Made by a program: the position numbers and the translations under genes
Part shown: piece after piece, positions 51,394-62,154 of the stretch
Position numbering within the stretch: position 1 is the first letter of the stretch
Layout: every line of letters begins with the position of its first letter
DNA from: Candidatus Cloacimonadota bacterium
GTDB taxonomy: Bacteria; Cloacimonadota; Cloacimonadia; G963667145
DNA length: 64,000 nt
Direction: 5' to 3'
Assembly (NCBI GenBank): GCA_963667255.1
Contig: OY762940.1
Coordinates: forward strand, 1,440,001-1,504,000
The notes under the pieces: generated by a model
Databases searched by the model: none
What the model saw: the letters and a program-made list of their open reading frames with translations, nothing else
What the model was told of the DNA's origin: nothing

Positions 51394-52380
51394 TTACGGG
51401 ACTTGAATTTCGCCAAAAACTCTGGCAATAATATCCTCGACAGTTACCTGCTCAGCCTCAGCCTCATACGACAAAATCAATCGATGCCGTAAAACATCTT
51501 TACCAATGGCTTTGACATCATCCGGCGTAACAAATCCGCGACCACACAAGAAAGCGTGGGCTCTAGCGGCTACAGCCAAATTGATGGTAGCTCTCGGAGA
51601 CGCTCCGCATTCGATTAAATCTTGCAAATCGTCCAAATTCGCATAAGATTTCGGCTCTCTCGTGGCAAAAACCAAATCTATAATATAATCCTTAACTTTT
51701 TGCTCAATATAAACTTGCTTAATCAAAGATTTCATTTGAAGAAGTTCAGCAGGAGTAATGACAGGAGAAATCTCAGAAATATCCTCGCTTACCATCCTAT
51801 TCAAAACCAACTTTTCTTCCTCTTTGGTGGGATAATCAACTTTGAGCTTGAGCATAAATCTATCCATCTGTGCCTCAGGCAAAGGATAAGTTCCTTCCTG
51901 ATCAAGTGGGTTTTGCGTTGCCATTACCAAAAATGGGTCGTCCAATTTGTAAGTTTTATCGCCAATCGTCACTTGTTTCTCTTGCATCGCTTCCAAAAGG
52001 GCGGCTTGCACCTTGGCAGGAGCTCTGTTTATCTCGTCAGCCAACACAAAATTGGCAAAAACAGGACCCAATTTTGGATTAAACTCTCCTGTTTTTTGGT
52101 TATAAATCATAGTTCCCATGATATCAGCCGGCAACAAATCTGGTGTAAATTGGATTCTGGAAAAAGACGCTTCCACAGCTTTGGCAGTAGTGCTAATCGA
52201 CAAAGTTTTGGCAAGACCAGGAACGCCTTCCAATAGAATATGTCCGCCGGTAAGAAGTCCAATCAAAATCCTTTTAATCATATAGTCCTGACCGACTATT
52301 ACTTTTTTGATTTCTTGATTTAAACTGTTAATTTTTATGGAACTCTCAGCAACAACTCTATTTAACTCTTCTATAGTCAT
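51394..52380 (-). CDS. moxR: MoxR AAA+ ATPase
   Basis: LEGVPGLAKT, RIQFTPDLLPAD, DEINRAPAKVQ, YPLPEAQMDRF. Confidence 0.94.
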   Translation of the reverse strand: MTIEELNRVVAESSIKINSLNQEIKKVIVGQDYMIKRILIGLLTGGHILLEGVPGLAKTLSISTTAKAVEASFSRIQFTPDLLPADIMGTMIYNQKTGEFNPKLGPVFANFVLADEINRAPAKVQAALLEAMQEKQVTIGDKTYKLDDPFLVMATQNPLDQEGTYPLPEAQMDRFMLKLKVDYPTKEEEKLVLNRMVSEDISEISPVITPAELLQMKSLIKQVYIEQKVKDYIIDLVFATREPKSYANLDDLQDLIECGASPRATINLAVAARAHAFLCGRGFVTPDDVKAIGKDVLRHRLILSYEAEAEQVTVEDIIARVFGEIQVP

Positions 52381-52574
52381 AATTCCTCCTAAAAATCTTG
52401 GCAATCTCACAAAAGGACTGCTAAAATGTCAAGCAAAAATTCTTTCTTTTGCCTCATAAATTACAAATTATTGTTCTTAATTCAGAGTCTATAAAAAATA
52501 ATTTCACTCAAAATTTTGATAATAAAAAAACACTCAATTGCCAGTCCCAAAAAACCAACAACTGAGTGTTTAAA

Positions 52575-52650
52575 TGGCATCCCGTAGGGGAATTGAACCC
52601 CTGTTGCCAGGATGAAAACCTGGAGTCCTAGGCCACTAGACGAACGGGAC
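52575..52650 (-). tRNA. tRNA-Glu(TTC)
   Basis: GTCCCGTTCGTCTAGTGGCCTAGGACTCCAGGTTTTCATCCTGG...GCCA. Confidence 0.95.
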
Positions 52651-52664
52651 ACTCTACAAAGAAA

Positions 52665-52739
52665 TGGTGAGCGTAGATGGATTTGAACCATCGACTCTCT
52701 GCTTAAAAGGCAGATACTCTACCACTGAGTTATACGCCC
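52665..52739 (-). tRNA. tRNA-Lys(TTT)
   Basis: GGGCGTATAACTCAGTGGTAGAGTATCTGCCTTTTAAGCAGA...ACCA. Confidence 0.95.
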
Positions 52740-52793
52740 ACTTACATTATATCTCTCAATTATGGTGTTTTTTTAAAAGTTGCCGTTTATGTG

Positions 52794-55304
52794 TCAACCC
52801 ATAACTTGAACTTTTTGTGAAGTTTTACTCCTTCGCAAATACCACCGAACTATCGCAAATACTAAGAGTAAAGCCCATAAAATTTTAAAGCTTTGAGAAA
52901 CCATTCCCGTCCATTTTATGCTGTAGGGAGCAAAATGGAAAAACAGTTCATGCTCACCTTTCGGCACAAAAACCGACGAAAGGACATGGTTTGTTTTATA
53001 AATATGCACTTCCTCACCATCCAAATAAGCATGCCAACCATCCGGATAATAGACACTACTTACAACAAACAGCCCATCGTTGTCATTACATATTTTGAAC
53101 TTGATTTTTTCAGGCTCAAATAGCTCCAATTCGGCTCGTGCATTTTGCGGAAGGCTTATCTGATTTAGCAAATCCTCCTCAAGCAAAGCTGTCTGTTTTA
53201 CAGAAAAATCATCACTCTTCAGATAAGCAAACCGTTCATTTCGCGACTTTACAACTTTGTAATCTCCAACAAACCAACCTTTGGGCAACGACTCTTCGTT
53301 GAGATAAACATTGTATTGTTGGTCGGAATACTCAAGTTTCAAATTTTCGAAAGGTGGTTGATTTGGCAAAACAGCGGGAGTAATAAAATATTTAGCCGAA
53401 AGCATATTGGTGATGTTCCGCGAAAGTCCGCCGTTAACAATCCCATAATCAACCAAATCCTGATAAATCCTGAGCTTAGCCGGTGAATAACCGCCAATTG
53501 ACTGAAAATAGGTAGAATATTTTCCTGTAGCCCAAAAATCACTAGTTACCGGATAAATACGATACGGGCTGAAAATTTCCCCTTCAGGCTTTTTATTTAA
53601 AAGAAATCTCTCCGCTGAAGTTGCTTTTAAAATTTCTTTACCCTTTTCATTGTTTTTTTGTAGCCCTGCATAATCGCTACCATTTTTTTTGAAAAGAAAT
53701 CTATCTTGAATTTGAGTAAAATCTCCAACCAATAACACTGTAATCAATACCAAAAAAATGACACTTTTTTTAAGAAGATTTTTCAAATATACAGCTATCA
53801 CTGCGAAGGTTATTATCAGCAAAATGAAATATCTATACAAATCGGAAAATAAAAACTCTTTGCGAATATTTTTGATTATCATCATTGATTGAGCATCATA
53901 GCGGTCATTTGGTCCCACGAAAGAAAACTGACCTGAAATCGCCAGAACAAAAAGACCTAAACCCAAGAAAATAGCAAAATTAATCAAAGCCACTTTCCAA
54001 AGATTTTTCTTTTCTCTTTTCAAAATATCGTTAATCCCAAATCCCGCAAAAATTGCCAAAACAATCTCAACCAAAACCAAAATCATAGATGGAGCTCGGA
54101 ACTTGTTGAACCCCGGAGCAAAATTAAAAAAGAGGTCATAAACCAAAGAAAAATGCCGACCGAACGATAAAAAAACTGCCAAAATTGCCAAAAAAGCAAA
54201 TCCCTTAACTATTCTCTTCTTCCAATTTAACACAACGCCAATAAACGCTAAAAATACTAAAACCACTCCCATATAATCCGAGCCTTGAGTAAAAGGCATA
54301 TTACCCCAATATCCAGGAATATCTCTTCCCGATAAATGAGGATATTTAGGGTTGCTAATGTCATATTGCTCGCCACTAGCTCCACCAAACGCCCTAGGAA
54401 TAACCAATGTAAGCAACTCTTTAGGACTAAAACTCCAAGAAGTAGCATAAGACTTAGAAAGACCTACTCTCCCATCTTCTGTTTTGGCTCCTCGAATAGT
54501 GTGTTTGCTATATTCATTCATTAAAAACAATGGTTGAAAAGTAACTCCCGCTGTAATTATTAAAGCAAGAGCAATTAAAATTCCACTTCTTACTAAATGG
54601 TTTATCTCTTTCCTATATTCAATTATCTTAACAATGGTAACCACACCCATAAGCATAATAGTATAATAAATAATTTGATAATGACAAGACTGTATTTGCC
54701 AAACTTGGAAAAAAGCATAGCAAGCTAAATTGAGAAAAGAAGGCTTGTCAAACAACCTAAGAAAGAAATACAAGCAAAATGGTATTAACAAAATTGTATA
54801 AAATTTCCACCCATGACCAATTAAGAATAATATACACCAACTAGGAATTAAGATAAAACCCAAAGAAGAAATAAAAGATACAATTCTACTTACGCCTATA
54901 TAACTTAATAAATAAAAAAATCCCAAAGTTCCTAAACACAAATATAAACTAACACCTTGAAAGAAAAAATTTACTTTTAATATACCCATTATCATTGGAA
55001 TAGTTAATAAAGAAAAAAAAGAATAATTGGGGGTGCCAGAGAATAAACCTAAATCGTAAAAAGTTGGTCTACCAACAAGTTTACCCCATTGACGACTTAA
55101 GCAATCAGCAACAAATATGGCATCATTACCTGCAGCAGAATAACCACCATATGTAATCGGCCAAAAATATATCACTACCAATAATACCAACAAAACAGGA
55201 TAAATCCAATCTTGATTTTTTTGGAAAAATTTACTATTTATAGAAATATTTTCTTGAGAATTTGCACTATTTATTCTCTTTTTTGATTTTTTGTTTTTCC
55301 CCAC
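52794..55304 (-). CDS. YfhO-family GT-C-like membrane protein
   Basis: YATSWS, YWGNMPFT, FNKFRAP, GGYSPAKL, YYPDGWHAYLDG. Confidence 0.85.
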   Translation of the reverse strand: MGKNKKSKKRINSANSQENISINSKFFQKNQDWIYPVLLVLLVVIYFWPITYGGYSAAGNDAIFVADCLSRQWGKLVGRPTFYDLGLFSGTPNYSFFSLLTIPMIMGILKVNFFFQGVSLYLCLGTLGFFYLLSYIGVSRIVSFISSLGFILIPSWCILFLIGHGWKFYTILLIPFCLYFFLRLFDKPSFLNLACYAFFQVWQIQSCHYQIIYYTIMLMGVVTIVKIIEYRKEINHLVRSGILIALALIITAGVTFQPLFLMNEYSKHTIRGAKTEDGRVGLSKSYATSWSFSPKELLTLVIPRAFGGASGEQYDISNPKYPHLSGRDIPGYWGNMPFTQGSDYMGVVLVFLAFIGVVLNWKKRIVKGFAFLAILAVFLSFGRHFSLVYDLFFNFAPGFNKFRAPSMILVLVEIVLAIFAGFGINDILKREKKNLWKVALINFAIFLGLGLFVLAISGQFSFVGPNDRYDAQSMMIIKNIRKEFLFSDLYRYFILLIITFAVIAVYLKNLLKKSVIFLVLITVLLVGDFTQIQDRFLFKKNGSDYAGLQKNNEKGKEILKATSAERFLLNKKPEGEIFSPYRIYPVTSDFWATGKYSTYFQSIGGYSPAKLRIYQDLVDYGIVNGGLSRNITNMLSAKYFITPAVLPNQPPFENLKLEYSDQQYNVYLNEESLPKGWFVGDYKVVKSRNERFAYLKSDDFSVKQTALLEEDLLNQISLPQNARAELELFEPEKIKFKICNDNDGLFVVSSVYYPDGWHAYLDGEEVHIYKTNHVLSSVFVPKGEHELFFHFAPYSIKWTGMVSQSFKILWALLLVFAIVRWYLRRSKTSQKVQVMG

Positions 55305-55322
55305 AATAACCTCTTTTAGTAA

Positions 55323-56012
55323 TCAATTATAATTTCTTTGCCCAAAAATAGAGCTACCCACTCGTAGCATATTCGCTCCACACTCCAAAGCAAGCTGATA
55401 ATCTCCACTCATACCCATAGAGAGCCATTGCATTTTGGCAGTCGGTATCTCTTTACATTGCTCAAATAATTGCTTTAAAAATTCAAAGCATCTTCTCGTG
55501 CTTTCAATATTCGGATCAAGTGCCCCGATAGTCATCAAACCTACAACCCGTAAATTGGAGAGTTCTGAGATAGATTTGACCAAATTATGAGCATTTTCTT
55601 TAGAACTCCCAAATTTTGTTTCTTCCTCAGAAGTGTTAATCTGCACCAAAACCTGCTGAATTTTCCCCATTCGTTTTACAGCCTCATTGAGTTTATCAGC
55701 CGTAGATAGTTTGTCTAATGAATGAATAAGTGTAGGATTAAGCATCAAAAGTTTATTTATCTTGTTGCTTTGCAAATGTCCGATGAAATGGAACTCTTTG
55801 TAAGGGTGTAATAACTTCGGAAGTTTTAACTCCGCTTCCTGAACCTTGTTTTCGCCAATAAATTCCGCTCCAGAGGCGAGTGCTTCATCTATAACTTCGG
55901 GAGAATGCGTTTTGGTTACCACGATTAGTTTGACAACTCTGTCGGAGTCTCCGATTTTCATTAAAGTTGAGTTGATGTTTTCTCTTACTCTTTGCAAATT
56001 AGCAAATATCAT
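55323..56012 (-). CDS. yggS: PLP homeostasis protein YggS
   Basis: VTKT, GENKVQE, HFIGHLQSNK, LSMGMSGDY, RVGSSIFG. Confidence 0.94.
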   Translation of the reverse strand: MIFANLQRVRENINSTLMKIGDSDRVVKLIVVTKTHSPEVIDEALASGAEFIGENKVQEAELKLPKLLHPYKEFHFIGHLQSNKINKLLMLNPTLIHSLDKLSTADKLNEAVKRMGKIQQVLVQINTSEEETKFGSSKENAHNLVKSISELSNLRVVGLMTIGALDPNIESTRRCFEFLKQLFEQCKEIPTAKMQWLSMGMSGDYQLALECGANMLRVGSSIFGQRNYN

Positions 56013-56317
56013 AAATCGTCTAAATCGTCAAACAAATCGTCATCGTCAAAATCGTCGTCAAAATCATCATCAATCTCTTTGTCGGTTACCCAATCGGGAC
56101 AAAAGAAAATGGGGTCTCTATAATCGTGACCGGAAATGTTATCAATCCCCAGCCTCTCCAAAATTTCCTCTTCCCAAATAGTATAATAAACGGCATCATC
56201 GTCCGTTCTGTAGCTCAAAATAGGCTTATTATAACGATTAAGATCAAGTTTTCTTCCTAAAAGTTCGAGAAACTCCTCAATCTTTTTCTTATCAAATTCA
56301 ATTTTAAACTCATTCAT
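56009..56317 (-). CDS. Hypothetical protein with acidic D/F tail
   Basis: Overlaps both neighbours by 4 bp (translational coupling). Confidence 0.7.
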   Translation of the reverse strand: MNEFKIEFDKKKIEEFLELLGRKLDLNRYNKPILSYRTDDDAVYYTIWEEEILERLGIDNISGHDYRDPIFFCPDWVTDKEIDDDFDDDFDDDDLFDDLDDL

Positions 56318-56805
56318 AATATGCTCTCTCCCTTAGCATCAATACCGACCCACAAAGGCATTTTGTCAACCAATAGTTTGCGGATTGCTTCCGTGCCCAA
56401 TTCCTGATAAGCTACGATTTCATTGGAAACAATGGACTTGGCATACAACGCTCCGCAACCTCCCAAAGCCAAAGCGTAAACCGCTCTATTCTCCTTTATA
56501 GATTTCTGAACTTCTCTACTTCTTGGACCTTTCCCTATCAAAAGTTTAGCACCTTTCTCCAAAATCGTGCCGGTAAATTTGTCCATTCTAGCAGAAGTCG
56601 TCGGTCCACACGAGATTATTTTATCGCCATTCATTACCGGTCCTGCATAAAAAACAACGCTGTCTTGCAACTCAAAAGGCAAAGATTTCCCCTGCTCTAT
56701 CAACTTACAAATTCGTGAATGAGCAACATCTCTCGCCAAATAAATTTCCCCACTATAGTAAAAAAAATCTCCAGCTCTCAACTTCGATAATTCGTCGCGT
56801 GTCAT
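56314..56805 (-). CDS. Fe-S hydro-lyase (fumarase/tartrate) beta subunit
   Basis: ARDVAH, YAGP, GPTTSARMD, IGKG, ELGTEA. Confidence 0.9.
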   Translation of the reverse strand: MTRDELSKLRAGDFFYYSGEIYLARDVAHSRICKLIEQGKSLPFELQDSVVFYAGPVMNGDKIISCGPTTSARMDKFTGTILEKGAKLLIGKGPRSREVQKSIKENRAVYALALGGCGALYAKSIVSNEIVAYQELGTEAIRKLLVDKMPLWVGIDAKGESIL

Positions 56806-57620
56806 AAGACCACTTCGCAATGGCGATGAACATAGCAACCAAGATTGATAGCAACCGGCAGACTGGCAATATGGCAAGGAGCGTGCAATATCTTGACACC
56901 CAAAGCTGTCGGATATTTTCCCAAACCTTGTGGTCCGATTTTCAATTTCTGGATTTTGTCCAAAATAGATTTTTCCATCTCGTCATAAACACCTAACGGA
57001 TTCACTCCACGCAAGGGAACAACCAAAGCTCTCTTTGCCAAAATTGCAGACTGCTCAAAATTCCCGCCTATTCCCAAGCCAATAATATACGGAGGGCAAG
57101 CAGCCGCTCCTACACTTGCAATCCAATCAACAACAAAATCCTCAATCTCGCTATGAGTAGCCGTAGGTGCAAAAATCTTAATCGTGCTCTTATTTTCAGA
57201 GCCACCACCTTTCGCCATAATGAGCAACCTCAAGCTATCTCCATCAACGATTTTGGTGTGAATAATCGCTGGAGTGTTGTCGTTAGTGTTCACTCGGTCA
57301 AACAAAGGTTCGGCAACAATAGACTTGCGAAAATTCTGATATCCGTCTCGCACACCGCAATGTATCGCCTCTTCAAAATTCCCGCCTTCGATATGCACTT
57401 GCTGACCAACTTCGGCAAAGACAACAACCGTTCCCGTATCTTGGCAAATCGGCAAATTTTCCTCTTCCGCCAACTCAATATTCTTGAGCATCATTTCCAA
57501 TACTTTGCTATTTTCGTAACTCCTCAAAATAGCCACAATCTCTCTATCCAAAATAGTTACAATCTTCTTACAGGCGGAAGAAACAGCCTCAATTATCTGT
57601 TTATAATAAATTGTTTTCAT
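56802..57620 (-). CDS. Fe-S hydro-lyase (fumarase/tartrate) alpha subunit
   Basis: PICQDTG, KGGGSEN, ACPP, HIASLPVA...C...RH. Confidence 0.9.
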   Translation of the reverse strand: MKTIYYKQIIEAVSSACKKIVTILDREIVAILRSYENSKVLEMMLKNIELAEEENLPICQDTGTVVVFAEVGQQVHIEGGNFEEAIHCGVRDGYQNFRKSIVAEPLFDRVNTNDNTPAIIHTKIVDGDSLRLLIMAKGGGSENKSTIKIFAPTATHSEIEDFVVDWIASVGAAACPPYIIGLGIGGNFEQSAILAKRALVVPLRGVNPLGVYDEMEKSILDKIQKLKIGPQGLGKYPTALGVKILHAPCHIASLPVAINLGCYVHRHCEVVL

Positions 57621-57681
57621 CAAAACTGAATTATAAAAACCAAATTTGTGTGTCAACTTTTTCTCACTTCTTAAATTTCTA

Positions 57682-57711
57682 CAAAAAACCCGCCAACAAT
57701 GTAGCGGGTTA
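57682..57711 (-). terminator. Terminator after NSS transporter
   Basis: aaaaaacccgc...gcgggtt. Confidence 0.65.
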
Positions 57712-57730
57712 AAATTATCAAAAGATTAAA

Positions 57731-59089
57731 TTAATTTCCAAAAACACCCAAACCGTTTAAGAACACGATGAAAATAATAATAGGAGCAACAAATCTGCAG
57801 ATAAAGACGAACAAAGACATATATTTTATAGAGAATTTGCCGTCACTACTAAGTTCGTCAGCAAGGCGTTTTCTATCCAATTTCCAACCAACAAAATAAG
57901 TGATAAACATTCCACCGAGAGGCAACAGCCAGTTAGAAGACAAGTAATCCAAAGTATCAAAGAAATTTTTCCCGGGTAAAAGATGGAAATTACTCATCGG
58001 ACCCATAGCCAAAGAGCAAGGAATTCCAATTACAAAACAGGCAACTGCCATATAAATAGTCGCCTTATTACGAGAAATATTTTTTTCCTCAATAAGATAA
58101 GAAACCAAACATTCCAAAATAGAAATAGCACTACTCAACGCAGCCAACGCCAAAAGAACAAAGAAAAGGAAGCAGAAGAATTGTCCACCTACCATTTGGT
58201 TAAACACATTCGGTAATGTAACAAAAACAAGACCAGGACCTGCTCCGGGCTCGATACCAAAAGCAAAAACTGCAGGGAAAATAGCCACACCTGCCAAAAC
58301 AGCTATTATAGTATCAGCAGCACTTACTTGGATGGCTATAGAACTCAAATTTTCTTGTCTTTGGACATACGAGCCGTAAATCAACATCGTTCCCATTCCC
58401 AGAGACAAAGAGAAGAAAGCGTGTCCCAAAGCTACTAAAACAGCATTACCTGTTAAGCTAGACCAATTGGGAGTAAACAAAAAAGCTAAACCTTTTGATG
58501 CACCCGGCAGAGTAACCGCTCTGATACAAAGCACCAAAAGAATAGCGAGCAATAAAGGCATCAAAATTTTTGAACTCTTTTCAATTCCTTTTTGCACACC
58601 CATCACGATAATACCAGCAGTAAGAACCATAAAAATAAAATGCCAAAGCACCGGCTTCCAAGGATTAGAAATAAATCCCCCGAAAATACCACCAATATCA
58701 GCAGCAGACTTACCAGTAAAAGTGCCGAAAGCAGCTTTAAAAATATAATCAACTGTCCATCCGGCAACTACGGAATAAAAAGACAAAATGCAAAAGCCTG
58801 CCAAAATTCCGAGAAAACCAACCAAATACCATTTGGTTCCGGGAGCCAATTGAGTAAAAGCTCCAACACCATTTCTTTGAGTCGTCCGACCCAAAACAAA
58901 CTCAGCAAGCATCACTGTTACTCCTACTACAGCTATACAAACAAGATAAACAATCAAAAAAGCCGCTCCACCATAAACACCTGTAATATAAGGGAATTTC
59001 CAAATATTACCGAGTCCGATGGCAGAACCTGCAGCAGCAGCAATGATACCTAACTTACTTCCAAAAGATCCTCTGTTTTTCAAATCCAT
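57731..59089 (-). CDS. Sodium-dependent NSS/SNF family transporter
   Basis: GSAIGLGNIWKFPY, FFSLSLGMG, GPGLVF. Confidence 0.93.
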   Translation of the reverse strand: MDLKNRGSFGSKLGIIAAAAGSAIGLGNIWKFPYITGVYGGAAFLIVYLVCIAVVGVTVMLAEFVLGRTTQRNGVGAFTQLAPGTKWYLVGFLGILAGFCILSFYSVVAGWTVDYIFKAAFGTFTGKSAADIGGIFGGFISNPWKPVLWHFIFMVLTAGIIVMGVQKGIEKSSKILMPLLLAILLVLCIRAVTLPGASKGLAFLFTPNWSSLTGNAVLVALGHAFFSLSLGMGTMLIYGSYVQRQENLSSIAIQVSAADTIIAVLAGVAIFPAVFAFGIEPGAGPGLVFVTLPNVFNQMVGGQFFCFLFFVLLALAALSSAISILECLVSYLIEEKNISRNKATIYMAVACFVIGIPCSLAMGPMSNFHLLPGKNFFDTLDYLSSNWLLPLGGMFITYFVGWKLDRKRLADELSSDGKFSIKYMSLFVFICRFVAPIIIFIVFLNGLGVFGN

Positions 59090-59196
59090 ACACTAACTCC
59101 TTCTATACTTAATAATAACGATTGAGCCAAACTATGAAAGCCAAAAATAAGTGACAAGAAAAAAAATAAATAAATCTTATTAGTTATTGAAAAACA

Positions 59197-61401
59197 TCAA
59201 AATGTCATCCCAATTTGGAATTGCGGTTTCCATTCGTTGTCGTCCAAATTATACCCGTAATCGAGTCCGATTATTCCTATTGGGCTGTTAAATCTGACTC
59301 CGAGACCTGCTCCATTCTTCAGCTTATTAAAATTGATTTGGCTGTAACTATCCACAGCATCTCCGGCATCATAAAATATCAAACCGATAAAAGTCTCTCC
59401 CACGATAGGATAAGCGAGTTCGCTGGAGAAAATCAGCATTCTTCTGGCTCCATCACTATCATCACTGGGGATACTACTACTACCATAACCTCTCAAGCCG
59501 TTGTATCCCATGCCACCGATGTAAAATTTTTCAGCTGGAGGCACTTCCTCTCCATCACGAAGAGATTCTACATATCCAGTTCTCCACTTTGTGCGAAATG
59601 CAAAACTTCCAGGCAAATCCAAATACCAACTAACTTGGTAAATTTGCTTGAAAAAATGCTCATCTCCACCGAGCACAGTTCCCGCAAACTCACTATAAAT
59701 GCTGAAATCTGAACCCAAGCTGGGGAAAAATACATTGTCCTTGTTACTTCTGGAAAAACTGATTCCCAAACTGCTGGTGTTTTGCCAACCCTTAGCAGCC
59801 TCTTCTTTGAGGTCGTCACTGGCATCACTGCTAAGGTCGGAATACTTGGTCTGATAATAGCTGTATGTAAACTTGATATTGGCAAGGTCAAGCCAGTAGA
59901 GATACTTACCCAAAGTGACCGAGCCACCTATCTTGTTCCAATCGTAATCATCATACTCTCTTTGCGTATTATACAACGAGAATCCACCCAAAATATCCGT
60001 GTCATATAGATAAGAGTTCGTGAAAGCCAATTCGTAATTCAAAAGCGTCTCCGACCACGAAACAGAAGCCGAAGTTTCCCACGCATTGCCATAAAGATTA
60101 CGCAAATTAATGCTCGCCTCCAACACCATTCCATCCAAACTGTTGTAGCCTATCGAACCGTTAAGAGTGTTGGAACTTCTATCTTTCAAATCGAAAATCA
60201 CATCCATATCGCCACTGCTGTTGATGACTTTGGTATCGATGCCCATATCAGACTCAAAAAATCCGGTATTATAAATTCTCCGCTGTGTGTTAACAATATC
60301 CGACCGCTTGTAATAAGCACCGGGGCTAACAGCCAATTTTCGCCTGACAATCTTCTCCTTCGTCCGCTTATTCCCTTTTATGATAACCTTGTGCACCTTC
60401 GCTCTGGGATTTTCCTGAATGGTGATGATGATATTTACTTTGCCACCCTCTTTTTCCAGTTCGTAATCGACCTTGCTATAGACAAACCCCTCTTCGTGAT
60501 ACATGGTGTAAACATCAAAAAGCTGTTTTTCAAATTCCTGTTTATCAAAAACCTGATCTGACTCAAACTTGAACTTCTCTAAAATCTGGGATTGCTTAAA
60601 ATAAATATTACCCGTAACAAACACATCTCCAAGATAAAACTTCGCACCCGGCTTGATGTAAAAACCTATTTCCAATCTATTGGAGTCTTCCAACGCCTTT
60701 ATTTCCGGCTCAGCGACAGTCACATCAATATACCCTTTCTCATTGTAAAAAGCAATTATGCGTTCCCTATCCAGCTCCAAGGTTTCTCGATTGAATTTGC
60801 CCGAACGAAACCAGCCTGAAGTTTTGGTCTTAATCACATCGTTCAAATCGTCATCAGTAAAATTCTTGTTTCCGTAAAAATTAATCGTCTGAACCTTAAC
60901 CCTCTCGCCTTTTTCAGTGTTAAGGATAATGTTGATATAATTGTTATCCAACTTCTCGATAGCAAAATCTATGTTGGCGTTATAATAGCCGTCCTCTTCG
61001 TAATAGGCTTTAATCCTATTTACAAAAGTGTCCTTGGCGGTTTCAAACCAAAAAGAGCCTTTCTGCAAATCTACCATCTTCTCCAGCTCTGCTCTACTAA
61101 CACCGTTAAATTCGCCAACCTCAAATTTATTTACGATTTGATTTTCCACTACCTTAACTCCGACTACACCAACCAAATCCGCAATCTCAACCGAAGCAAA
61201 CATCCCACTTTTCAAAAGGTTGCGTTTGCACTCATCCAAAATAGCTTGATTGTAATAATCGCCCTCTTTCAGACCCATCAGAGAATACACAGCTCCAACC
61301 TGAACATTTTGCAAACCCTTGACAGATATGCTTTTCACTTCACTCGCAAACAAAAAAGCAAATACAAAAACAAACCCAAAAATTGCCACCAATTTACGCA
61401 T
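59197..61401 (-). CDS. bamA: Outer membrane protein assembly factor BamA
   Basis: POTRA repeats (GNKNF, YNEKGY, GNKRTK), LRGY, SPIG, terminal Phe. Confidence 0.9.
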   Translation of the reverse strand: MRKLVAIFGFVFVFAFLFASEVKSISVKGLQNVQVGAVYSLMGLKEGDYYNQAILDECKRNLLKSGMFASVEIADLVGVVGVKVVENQIVNKFEVGEFNGVSRAELEKMVDLQKGSFWFETAKDTFVNRIKAYYEEDGYYNANIDFAIEKLDNNYINIILNTEKGERVKVQTINFYGNKNFTDDDLNDVIKTKTSGWFRSGKFNRETLELDRERIIAFYNEKGYIDVTVAEPEIKALEDSNRLEIGFYIKPGAKFYLGDVFVTGNIYFKQSQILEKFKFESDQVFDKQEFEKQLFDVYTMYHEEGFVYSKVDYELEKEGGKVNIIITIQENPRAKVHKVIIKGNKRTKEKIVRRKLAVSPGAYYKRSDIVNTQRRIYNTGFFESDMGIDTKVINSSGDMDVIFDLKDRSSNTLNGSIGYNSLDGMVLEASINLRNLYGNAWETSASVSWSETLLNYELAFTNSYLYDTDILGGFSLYNTQREYDDYDWNKIGGSVTLGKYLYWLDLANIKFTYSYYQTKYSDLSSDASDDLKEEAAKGWQNTSSLGISFSRSNKDNVFFPSLGSDFSIYSEFAGTVLGGDEHFFKQIYQVSWYLDLPGSFAFRTKWRTGYVESLRDGEEVPPAEKFYIGGMGYNGLRGYGSSSIPSDDSDGARRMLIFSSELAYPIVGETFIGLIFYDAGDAVDSYSQINFNKLKNGAGLGVRFNSPIGIIGLDYGYNLDDNEWKPQFQIGMTF

Positions 61402-62130
61402 CTAAAACACCCCTTTAACCACAATTCTTTTCATTTTTCGCACAGCCTCAGCCAATCCGTAAAAAACGCTTTCGGCTATGATGCTATGTCCAATATTGAA
61501 CTCGCTGATAGGCAACTCAAGAAGCGGATAAATATTGTGATAATCCAATCCATGTCCAGCCACTACTCGCATATTCAAATCCGCAATTTGCTGACAAGCC
61601 GCTTTTATCTTTAGAAATTCTGCCTCTCCGATTTCAGTTCCAAAATTGTTCGCATAAACTCCGGTATGCATCTCCACGGCGTCAGCTCCCAGTTTTGCCG
61701 CCAAAGAAATTGCCTCGGAATCTGGCTCAATAAACAAGCTAACTTCAATCCCTGCTTTTTTTAGCCTCTCGATGTCAGATTTCATCGACTCTCTCAACAG
61801 CAAACCACCCTCAGTCGTCAGCTCTTCTCTCTTCTCGGGAACCAAAGTAACAGTATCCGGCTTGGTTTTGATAGCAATCTCCACAATCTCGGGATTAAGT
61901 GCCATTTCCAAATTGAGCTTAGTGGTTATCACATTTTTGATTAAAGCCAAATCCGTATCTTTGATATGTCGTCTGTCTTCCCGCAAGTGAATGGTAATCT
62001 GGTCTGCTCCCGCTTGTTCCGCTACGATAGCAGCTTGCACAGGTTGCGGATTGATGCCACCCCTCGCATTACGGACGGTAGCAACATGGTCAATATTAAC
62101 ACCCAAAAATCTTTGAAAATTATTTTTCAT
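61402..62130 (-). CDS. pdxJ: Pyridoxine 5'-phosphate synthase
   Basis: LGVNIDHVATVRNAR, HLREDRRHI, VPEKREELTTEGG, AGHGL, NIGH. Confidence 0.96.
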   Translation of the reverse strand: MKNNFQRFLGVNIDHVATVRNARGGINPQPVQAAIVAEQAGADQITIHLREDRRHIKDTDLALIKNVITTKLNLEMALNPEIVEIAIKTKPDTVTLVPEKREELTTEGGLLLRESMKSDIERLKKAGIEVSLFIEPDSEAISLAAKLGADAVEMHTGVYANNFGTEIGEAEFLKIKAACQQIADLNMRVVAGHGLDYHNIYPLLELPISEFNIGHSIIAESVFYGLAEAVRKMKRIVVKGVF

Positions 62131-62154
62131 ATAAACCCTTAACTCTCTCTTAAA

